Positions 57,050 to 64,000 of a stretch of DNA of 64,000 bases are shown piece after piece. The stretch's first letter is position 1, and each line of letters starts with the position of its first letter. A program made the translations under genes and the position numbers. The notes beneath the pieces are model-generated. The model saw only the letters and a list, made by a program, of their open reading frames with translations. It had not been told where the DNA came from and made no database searches. The DNA is from Chlorobiota bacterium (GTDB lineage: Bacteria > Bacteroidota > Bacteroidia > Bacteroidales > JAADJA01): positions 21,891-85,890 of the forward strand of contig JAADJA010000091.1 in assembly GCA_013151015.1 (NCBI GenBank), given 5' to 3'.

Positions 57050-57511
57050 ATGAAAACAAAAAGAATTTATTTAACAGTAATCGCAGCGATTTTGTTTGCT
57101 GCCGGCAGCATTGCCATTACAGGATGTGGCAACGCTTCAAACAATAAAAGCACCGAACACCAGCACGAAGCCACCGAAGCCGAACACCAGCACGATATGG
57201 ACGGTGACCACGACATGGACAAAGGCCATGAAATGGAAGAGGGGCATGAAATGGAAGAAGGGCATGAACATGGCGATATGGCCGAAGCCCATTACCAATG
57301 CCCCATGAAATGCGAAGGCGATAAAATGTACGACAAACCTGGGAAATGCCCAAAATGCAATATGGATTTGAAGAAGGTCGATATGGATATGGCACATTAT
57401 CAATGTCCCATGAAATGTGAAGGTGACAAGATGTACGACAAACCGGGGAAATGCCCGAAATGCGATATGGATATGAAAAAAGTGGACGGGGATCATGACC
57501 ACGATCACTAA
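57050..57511 (+). CDS. Lipoprotein with His-rich region and two tandem heavy-metal-binding domains
   Basis: ATG 57050 (the track's 57044 is a TTG). Lipobox ITGC. Two copies of AHYQCPMKCEGDKMYDKPGKCPKC.MD, 35 aa apart. Confidence 0.8.
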   Translation: MKTKRIYLTVIAAILFAAGSIAITGCGNASNNKSTEHQHEATEAEHQHDMDGDHDMDKGHEMEEGHEMEEGHEHGDMAEAHYQCPMKCEGDKMYDKPGKCPKCNMDLKKVDMDMAHYQCPMKCEGDKMYDKPGKCPKCDMDMKKVDGDHDHDH

Positions 57512-57522
57512 AAGTATTTGTT

Positions 57523-57556
57523 AAAAAAAAGGGGCATTTAGTTGCCCCTTTTTTTT
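57523..57556. terminator. Bidirectional intrinsic terminator closing the metal island and the convergent YgfK operon
   Basis: A8-GGGGCA-TTTAGT-TGCCCC-T8. Confidence 0.85.
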
Positions 57557-57597
57557 GCACATTCCTATCACACATAAAACACAATCAAACCGGTGTC

Positions 57598-57699
57598 CTA
57601 TCCCTTTTTCCTCATTTTCCAAAAAGCCCAGGCAAACCCGGCCAGCAAATGCAGCATTACAATGGCAAAAATGATGTAGGCAATTGTAAAATCAGCCAT
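57598..57699 (-). CDS. Possible 33-aa hydrophobic micro-protein at the operon 3' end
   Basis: MADFTIAYIIFAIVMLHLLAGFAWAFWKMRKKG* is a single TM helix with a basic tail. It lies 33 nt downstream of the ThrC-like gene and just before the terminator. There is no homology evidence. Confidence 0.3.
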   Translation of the reverse strand: MADFTIAYIIFAIVMLHLLAGFAWAFWKMRKKG

Positions 57700-57732
57700 A
57701 ACTTAATGTGTTTTTCAACGAGCGACTCGAAA

Positions 57733-58998
57733 TCACCCGGTGATTATGTGCAATAGGTTCTTAATATTGGGCTCGATGGCTTTGGGAATCCGTATAATGT
57801 CTTTCAACACCTGAATATCCTTCAATCCACTTCCGGTGAGCAAAACGAGATTTGAAGAACCGGTTTCAAGTTTTTCATTTTCCCTATATTTCAACATCCC
57901 CGCAAAAGCTGTAGTGGCAGCCGGTTCGGCAAACAAACCGGAGTTCCTTGAAAGTATGGACGAAGCATCCATGATTTCCCTATCGTTTACCGTAATCCAT
58001 TCCCCGTTGTACTTCAGGAGATAATCGCGGGCCATATAAAAATTCCTTGGGATATCAACGGAAATGGAATCGGCAAGGGTGTCACTGATTTTTATTGTAA
58101 AGCTTTTCCCTTCAATGTTCCTTGTCAGGTTGTCGCTTCCCTTGGCTTGTACGGCAACAATTACCGGTATTTTTTCAATGATCCCCAAATTCATTAAATC
58201 CTCGAAACCCTTGTAAACCCCTGAAATGATAACACCATCGCCAACAGGGACAAAAATCCTGTCGGGAAGCATCTTCCCCATTTGCCCAAAGATTTCAAAA
58301 GAAACGGTTTTCTTTCCTTCAATGGTTAGCGGGTTAAAGGCTGTATTGCGGTTGTACCAACCAAATTCCTCTGTGGCCTTAATGCTCAGGTCGAAGGCAT
58401 CGTCATAAGTCCCTTTCACGGGGACAATTGTGGCCCCGTACATCACAATTTGCGTGAGTTTTGCGATGGGTGCGGTTTCGGGAACCATGATGATGGCTTT
58501 CTGGTTTTGCGAAGCACAAATCCCTGCCAAAGAAGAACCCGCATTCCCGGTGGAGGCGGCAATGATCACATCCAAACCATTTTCCCCGGCATAGGCCGAA
58601 ACAAGTGCCGATGCCCTGTCCTTAAACGAATAGGTAGGGTTCTGGGAATCGTCTTTTAAAAAAAGCTTGAAAGGTAAATCTTCATTGTCCAATTTCCCGA
58701 ATTCATAAAGAGGTGTATTTCCGGTTTTAAGCTTGGGCAGGCTTTTTAAATCATTGATCGGCAATAAATCAATGAACCCTGTTCGACTTAGTTTTTGAAA
58801 ACCGAACCCGGCTTTTTGCAGGCCATCATAATCATAAACCGTTTTCAGAACCCCTTTGGGCGGTTTGTCCGGGGTGTTTGATTTGTTGCAATCCGGGCAA
58901 AGGTATGTTACCTTGTTTGCCCCGTATTGCTTATTGCAATAGGTACAGATGTAATTAAATTTGTTTAAAGATAAGTTGCTCATTATGGTTTTATTCAT
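57733..58998 (-). CDS. Threonine-synthase-like fold-type II PLP enzyme with N-terminal Cys4 zinc ribbon
   Basis: CTYCNKQY...CPDCNK, then the PLP-lysine motif YSFKDRAS and ASTGNAGSS. The start overlaps the upstream gene's stop by 8 nt (ATGAATAA). Confidence 0.8.
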   Translation of the reverse strand: MNKTIMSNLSLNKFNYICTYCNKQYGANKVTYLCPDCNKSNTPDKPPKGVLKTVYDYDGLQKAGFGFQKLSRTGFIDLLPINDLKSLPKLKTGNTPLYEFGKLDNEDLPFKLFLKDDSQNPTYSFKDRASALVSAYAGENGLDVIIAASTGNAGSSLAGICASQNQKAIIMVPETAPIAKLTQIVMYGATIVPVKGTYDDAFDLSIKATEEFGWYNRNTAFNPLTIEGKKTVSFEIFGQMGKMLPDRIFVPVGDGVIISGVYKGFEDLMNLGIIEKIPVIVAVQAKGSDNLTRNIEGKSFTIKISDTLADSISVDIPRNFYMARDYLLKYNGEWITVNDREIMDASSILSRNSGLFAEPAATTAFAGMLKYRENEKLETGSSNLVLLTGSGLKDIQVLKDIIRIPKAIEPNIKNLLHIITG

Positions 58999-60469
58999 AC
59001 TCCTTTATCACCCCTGTCCTCTCGTTGAATTCCCTGATTTTTTCGTCCCATTCGTCAACTTTTGCGTAGCGTGATTTCCAATAGTTTTCATCGTACCATT
59101 GTGCATTGAGTTCCTCAACGGTTTTGCCCTGCTGTTCTATCCATGTGAAATATTTGAGGTTGTGCATCCGCTTTTTCTCATAATAATTCATTTCGATCAT
59201 ATGGTCGATATTGAGGCCCAAAATACCCGAATCAAAACTAACGGCAGCATCCGTTTCAGTAAACAAACCATGTTTTTCGTTTTCTTCTGCCATTCGCGAT
59301 TGGTACATTTCCATGGAATCTGTGGCAACGGTAAGAATCACATCGTTTTCGTCCATTTCAAAGTATTTTGCCAGTTTGATGGATCCCATCATATTGGCAA
59401 TGGACGAAATGCCCAATAGTTCGAGCTTGTCAACAAGTTCGGGACTGATCCCAATTTCTTTCTTTAGATATTCATGTCCTGCAGCTTCATTGAAAAGGCG
59501 CATGATACGGATATTGGCATTGTCATCGATTCCGCCCACCAAATCCATGTTTTTAATGTTGTGAATCCAGGGAACATGTTTATCACCAATTCCTTCGATC
59601 CGGTGTTCGCCATAGCCATTCTCAAGTAGGGTAGGGCATTGTAAAGCTTCACCGGCACAGACTTTAACATTGGGGAATTTCTCCCTTAAATAATCCGTGC
59701 TGCCTAAAGTGCCAGCTGAACCTTGCGTAAGGAAAACGCCACTGAAGCGGTCATTGGCCTTTTTGTTCAGGTTGAACACTTCCTCCATTGCCGAACCTGT
59801 TACAGCATAATGCCACAGTGGGTTTCCGATTTCCTCGAACTGGTTCAGGTTAACGATGGAATCGCCCCTTTCGGCCAACAATTCTTTCACTTTGTCGTAA
59901 ATCTCTTTTACATTGCTTTCGGTCCCCGGTGTGGCAAAAACCTCTGCTCCCACTTTATGGAGCCAGTCAAAGCGTTCTTTCGACATTCCTTCCGGTAGAA
60001 CGGCAATGGATTCACAGCCCAGCAAATAGGAATCATAAGCTCCGCCACGGCAATAATTTCCGGTTGAAGGCCAAAGGGCTTTTTGGCTAGTGGGGTCAAA
60101 CCTGCCGTCAATCAGTTTTTCGACCAGAGGCCCAAAGGTTGCCCCCACTTTATGCGCCCCGGTCGGGAAATATTTCCCGATGAGGACAAATATCCGTGCT
60201 TTAACGCCCGTAAGCTCCGAAGGTAGTTCAATGTAGTTCACATTGCCATAACCGCCACCTTTTGTCACCGGTTCGTTTTTCCAGGTAATCCTGAAAAGGT
60301 TGAGCGAATTCAAATCCCAAAGGCCGATATTTGCCAGTTTTGCTTTTATCTTTTCCGGGATTAATTCCGGGTTTCGCATTTGTTTGTAGGTAGGGAGAAT
60401 GATGTGACGTTCCCTGCATCTCTGTATCGTGTTTTCCAGTACTTTTTCTTTGTTTCTCATATTGTTCAT
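58991..60469 (-). CDS. TrpB-like fold-type II PLP-dependent enzyme, specificity unknown
   Basis: 492 aa. FPTGAHKVGA is a TrpB-style PLP lysine. STGNYCRGGAY and GSAGTLG are also present. Confidence 0.7.
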   Translation of the reverse strand: MNNMRNKEKVLENTIQRCRERHIILPTYKQMRNPELIPEKIKAKLANIGLWDLNSLNLFRITWKNEPVTKGGGYGNVNYIELPSELTGVKARIFVLIGKYFPTGAHKVGATFGPLVEKLIDGRFDPTSQKALWPSTGNYCRGGAYDSYLLGCESIAVLPEGMSKERFDWLHKVGAEVFATPGTESNVKEIYDKVKELLAERGDSIVNLNQFEEIGNPLWHYAVTGSAMEEVFNLNKKANDRFSGVFLTQGSAGTLGSTDYLREKFPNVKVCAGEALQCPTLLENGYGEHRIEGIGDKHVPWIHNIKNMDLVGGIDDNANIRIMRLFNEAAGHEYLKKEIGISPELVDKLELLGISSIANMMGSIKLAKYFEMDENDVILTVATDSMEMYQSRMAEENEKHGLFTETDAAVSFDSGILGLNIDHMIEMNYYEKKRMHNLKYFTWIEQQGKTVEELNAQWYDENYWKSRYAKVDEWDEKIREFNERTGVIKEYE

Positions 60470-60525
60470 ATTCTTTTTATGAAAATTCTTTACATTCCAT
60501 TTGATCTTGCGAAAATCATTTTTTA

Positions 60526-63500
60526 CTATTTCGATTCAATACCCAAAAACGCCATTGCCCCTTTCAATACCACGCTCATTTCCGCTGCCGTTTTTAAACT
60601 GGTTTCAAAATTACCGTTTTCCGGGCAATTAACATCTTTAATATTAAAAGATTCTTTTTCAAGGATTACATTGATATTGTCTGTTTTAAAAATGTAATTG
60701 CCGTTATTTAGACTCAGGGATGAAATATGGCCATCTTTCTTCAAGATAAGTTTGGGTGATTTATTTCCCCCCTCAAAATAATAGCCTTCGATATCGTTTT
60801 CAAACGCTTGTTTGTTCAGGTATAGATGTGGCTTCTCTTTGTATGGTGAGCCGGATGTCGGACAAAATGTGGTACAGTTCCCACACTCGTTGCACCAGTC
60901 GGCAATATGCAATATCTGGTGTTTTTGTTTTACTTCAAAAGTATTGGAATCTTCCAACTGGTAATTTCCATTTTTTACCAAAACTTTTTGCAACGTATAT
61001 TGGATAGGTTCAATGTCAAATCCGTAAAGTGCCAGGTTGGGGCAAAGCGTAGTGCAAATATTACAGGTCTCGTCGCAAAGCAAACAGCGTGATGCTTCGG
61101 CCATTGCTTGTTCCTGCGATAGGGGCGATGTAACAAGGTCAAAGTTTTTCCTGTTATTGATTTCGGTTTCTTCGATTTTTACAGGGGTGATTTTTGTACT
61201 GCGTTTCAGCTTATGCCAGAGATTGTTTTGTTCAGTCCTGCTTTCAGGCAAATTATTTTCAAATTGGATATGGGCTTTTTGGATTATCTCTTCTGCGGCT
61301 TTCCTGCCGTCACCAATGGCATTGATGGCCGTTGAAGCCCCACGCATGGCGTCACCACCGATAAAAACACCTTGGATTTTGGTTTCGTACGAACCCTCTT
61401 TTACCGCAAGCAGTTTTGTGTCCACAAAATCAATGTCCAAATCCTGCCCCACGGCCGGGATAATAGTATCAAACTCCATAAAAAATTCCGAACCTTCAAT
61501 TTCTACTGGTCTTGGTCTTCCACCTTTATCTTCGTCACCTAACTTCATTCGGACACATTTCAGGCCTGTTACCCTTTCATCTTCAAGGATTACTTCATGT
61601 GGGCTTACCAGTTCCATGATGTTCATCCCTTCCTCCAATACGGCCTTTATTTCGCCCATATCGGCGGGCATTTGTTTCATGGTGCGGCGGTAAACAATAG
61701 TCACTTCACCATCTTTGCCCACAAGGCGATATGCTGTTCGGGCCGCATCCATGGCGGTATTCCCGCCGCCGATGATGGCCACCTTCTTTCCAATTTCCGC
61801 TTTTCCCCCGTTTTTTACATCAAACAGGAATTCCAGTGGGTCCAAAACCTGAGCAGCCTCGGAACCGGTGATGTTCATTTTCCTTGAACGTATTGCACCC
61901 GTTGCGATATAGGTGAAATCAGATTCGTTTTTGATTAGCTCGAAATAGGTTTCGTCGATGGTAGAGCCATAATGGATTTCCGCTCCCATTTCCAATATCC
62001 GCATTAAATCGATTTCGTAAGCTTCGTCCGTAAGCCGGAAAGAAGGGATCGCCCCGGAAACCATGCCACCGGATTTTTCCTTTGTCTCGTATATTTCCAC
62101 ATGGATGCCCGCTTTCCGAAGGAAATAGGCACATGACAAACCAGATGGACCGGCACCTATTATCGAAACCCTTATCTTTCTTTCATTTTCAGTTGTTGTT
62201 GGCTTTTCCCCCTTGTCCTGGTTTTCGGCTATAAATCTTTTGATTTCACGGATAAGCACGGGCTTGTCGTAATTGATTCGGGTGCATTTAGTCTGGCAAA
62301 GATGGTCGCAAATCATCCCGGTCGTATTGGGGAAAGGGTTCTTGTCCATGATCACCTCAAAGGCTTTTTGAAAATCGCCTTTCGCCGTATAATACATATA
62401 ATCGGGAATGTCCTGGTTGGTGGGACAAGTGTTCACGCAAGGTGCCTGAATGCAATCAAAAGCTGAGAGTTTGCGCCGGGTCTTGATGCTGGGTTCCTGG
62501 ATATCCGTTTTTTTGTAATCGGGGTTTTGTAAAACAGAATGATAGTATTTGTCGAGATTGGCAATGATGGCTTTTGCAACGGTTTTTTCCTCGGAAGACC
62601 TGAGAATAAAACTTTCCATGTTTTTTGCCCCTGTTTTTTCAAAACTGCTTTGAAGCGATTCGATATATTGGTGGAACAAACCATAACCACCGGGTTTTAG
62701 GATGTCGGAACAAACCGTGGCAGGGAAAAGGCCACAAGCCGTAACTTCACTGATGTTTTTATAATCCACCCCGCCCGAAAATGAAATGTCCAACCGGCCT
62801 TCAAACTCATTTTGCAGTTTTTTTGCAAGGCCAACCGAGATGGGGTGCAATGCCCGGCCACTCATGTACATCATTTTCTCGTTTTCGGGGAATACGTCTT
62901 TGTGGTTTTTGCTTTCGAGGGTGTTGGTGAGTTTTATCCCAAATCCAACATTATGTTCCTTGGCAGTGTCTTGCAGGTTTTTGATTATGGAAATTGCTTC
63001 GGGGTATTTTAGGTCGTGTTCAAAAGCAATATCAGGGACATGTGTGTCAAAACCGGCATTTTTGATGATGTCGTGCAATTCCCCTTTCCCAAGTAATGTT
63101 GGGTTTAGTTTGATTGTGGTGTTTAACTTCTTTTCCCCAATCAAATACCTCCCGATCTTTTCGATTTCGTCCGGTGGGCAACCGTGCATGGTCGAAAGGG
63201 TGATATTGTCCGAAATCCGGGGACTGATATTGAGATTGACAATATTGGGATAAATCGCTTTTAGTGATTCAACTTTCTCTTCAAGTTCTTTGGACGCATC
63301 GGCCATTTTATTAAAAAACCACTGCACATTGTCTTTCACAATCCCCTCGTAATCATAGCCCACGCTCATATTGAAAATAAAACCCGGTTCATCTTTGTCA
63401 CCGTGATTTAATTTGTTCTTTAAAACATGGATAAGTATCCAGGCATCGAGATATTGGTTAAAGGATTCATGGATTTTGAGCTCTTGTGACCACTCGCAAT

Positions 63501-63822
63501 TATAACCCTCGTCCTGCATGTCGATACAAGGTTTTGACACATCCAGTTCATCAAGGGTTTGTATGGTTTTCAGTTCGATATATCGTGCGCCCGTGAGCCA
63601 GGCCACAACAATGTTCTGGGCCATTTGCGTGTGCGGGCCGGCGGCAACCCCAAATGGTGTTTCGAGCAATTGCCCGTAACGATATGACCTAAATGGGTCT
63701 TCCGCATTGGGCTTGAAAAAGAGATCTTCGGGTATCCCAAATACTTCCTTGTGATTGTCTAATTGCGAAAGGGTGATTTCTGTAAGTTGCGATAAAGGGA
63801 TAATTGAAAAACGATCTGTCAT
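60526..63822 (-). CDS. ygfK: YgfK-like flavo-iron-sulfur oxidoreductase (putative selenate reductase subunit YgfK family)
   Basis: 1098 aa. The N-terminal DPD/DHODH-like barrel is FGVAAGPHTQMAQNIVVAWLTGARYIELKTIQ. The GltD-like domain has VSIIGAGPSGLSCAYFL and VAIIGGGNTAMDAART. The C-terminal Cys clusters are CLLCDETCNICTTLCPN and CNECGNCTTFCP. Confidence 0.8.
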   Translation of the reverse strand: MTDRFSIIPLSQLTEITLSQLDNHKEVFGIPEDLFFKPNAEDPFRSYRYGQLLETPFGVAAGPHTQMAQNIVVAWLTGARYIELKTIQTLDELDVSKPCIDMQDEGYNCEWSQELKIHESFNQYLDAWILIHVLKNKLNHGDKDEPGFIFNMSVGYDYEGIVKDNVQWFFNKMADASKELEEKVESLKAIYPNIVNLNISPRISDNITLSTMHGCPPDEIEKIGRYLIGEKKLNTTIKLNPTLLGKGELHDIIKNAGFDTHVPDIAFEHDLKYPEAISIIKNLQDTAKEHNVGFGIKLTNTLESKNHKDVFPENEKMMYMSGRALHPISVGLAKKLQNEFEGRLDISFSGGVDYKNISEVTACGLFPATVCSDILKPGGYGLFHQYIESLQSSFEKTGAKNMESFILRSSEEKTVAKAIIANLDKYYHSVLQNPDYKKTDIQEPSIKTRRKLSAFDCIQAPCVNTCPTNQDIPDYMYYTAKGDFQKAFEVIMDKNPFPNTTGMICDHLCQTKCTRINYDKPVLIREIKRFIAENQDKGEKPTTTENERKIRVSIIGAGPSGLSCAYFLRKAGIHVEIYETKEKSGGMVSGAIPSFRLTDEAYEIDLMRILEMGAEIHYGSTIDETYFELIKNESDFTYIATGAIRSRKMNITGSEAAQVLDPLEFLFDVKNGGKAEIGKKVAIIGGGNTAMDAARTAYRLVGKDGEVTIVYRRTMKQMPADMGEIKAVLEEGMNIMELVSPHEVILEDERVTGLKCVRMKLGDEDKGGRPRPVEIEGSEFFMEFDTIIPAVGQDLDIDFVDTKLLAVKEGSYETKIQGVFIGGDAMRGASTAINAIGDGRKAAEEIIQKAHIQFENNLPESRTEQNNLWHKLKRSTKITPVKIEETEINNRKNFDLVTSPLSQEQAMAEASRCLLCDETCNICTTLCPNLALYGFDIEPIQYTLQKVLVKNGNYQLEDSNTFEVKQKHQILHIADWCNECGNCTTFCPTSGSPYKEKPHLYLNKQAFENDIEGYYFEGGNKSPKLILKKDGHISSLSLNNGNYIFKTDNINVILEKESFNIKDVNCPENGNFETSLKTAAEMSVVLKGAMAFLGIESK

Positions 63823-63850
63823 TGTTAATGCCTGTTTTTTACAAAGGGAT

Positions 63851-63858
63851 CAAAAGTA
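63851..63858 (-). promoter_or_regulatory. Candidate -7 box for the YgfK operon
   Basis: The minus strand reads TACTTTTG (exact TAnnTTTG), ending 28 nt upstream of the ATG at 63822. Confidence 0.4.
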
Positions 63859-63886
63859 CAAAATTGAACGGCTTCTTTTAATACTT

Positions 63887-63916
63887 TTGCATTTAATGCG
63901 AATCAAGGGTTAAAAT
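63887..63916 (+). promoter_or_regulatory. Conserved ~30-nt motif, copy 2
   Basis: TTGCATTTAATGCGAATCAAGGGTTAAAAT. The plus-strand TACTTTTG box at 63882-63889 overlaps its first three bases. The mini-ORF is ATG CGA ATC AAG GGT TAA (63896-63913). Confidence 0.5.
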
Positions 63917-64000
63917 ATTAGATTAATAAAAGCCGCAGCAATCTTACCAAATACGTGAACCATAAGCCCCCTAGTTGATCTGACCTTGCTTGCTTTTTGG

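Noticed and set aside
33400-57600. Calling the metal island an ICE, transposon or genomic island with defined ends.
   Set aside because: No integrase, transposase, relaxase or terminal inverted repeats are visible. The only flanking direct repeat (the 30-nt motif) has equally good regulatory explanations, so it is reported as a hypothesis only.
61037-61693. 218-aa plus-strand ORF inside ygfK.
   Set aside because: It is nested antisense to a CDS with clear GltD-like and Fe-S motifs, and its translation is low-complexity and Ser-rich.

Overview
This is a 64-kb chromosomal window that I infer comes from a Bacteroidota genome. The evidence is four proteins with T9SS type-A C-terminal sorting domains, one with a type-B (gliding-motility) C-terminal domain, repeated exact TAnnTTTG -7 promoter boxes and many lipoprotein signal peptides. 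PyrK/PyrD-1B, WtpA and YgfK hint at a facultatively anaerobic lifestyle. Positions 1-33 kb are mostly housekeeping: an LptD-like gene (partial), an amidase, MlaD, two T9SS cargo genes, Hsp20, rlmF, purB, an MsbA-like ABC exporter, pyrK-pyrD, tsaC, tRNA-Lys, pabA/pabB/pabC, a WtpA-type tungstate/molybdate ABC operon with an embedded porin, and a PD40/M28/PDZ peptidase. Positions 33.6-57.6 kb hold about 25 co-oriented plus-strand genes forming a copper/silver-type metal island. It contains an AraC regulator with an HMA-like head, an HYC_CC_PP protein, CusA/CzcA-TolC-adaptor efflux genes, DUF3347 and His/Met-rich lipoproteins, a membrane-anchored AlbA_2 protein and a multicopper oxidase carrying a T9SS sorting domain. 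It also contains three c-type cytochromes, a porin, a P-II-like protein, NDH-2, a SHOCT protein, a CopA P-type ATPase and DUF302. Positions 57.6-63.8 kb are a minus-strand operon of a YgfK-like flavo-Fe-S protein plus two PLP enzymes. I saw no integrase, transposase, CRISPR array or rRNA. The most unusual signals are non-genic. (1) A tandem array of ~126-bp structured modules directly follows tRNA-Lys; each module re-uses the tRNA 3' end and ends in its own terminator. (2) A 197-nt GC-rich hairpin-rich element follows T9SS genes in two copies that differ by a compensatory base-pair change, and it lies inside 322-bp direct repeats exactly 4750 bp apart. (3) Several short conserved motifs, palindromes and a 140-bp hairpin element occur in intergenic regions. 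All functional calls rest on my reading of the translated ORFs and on remembered family motifs; no database search was run.
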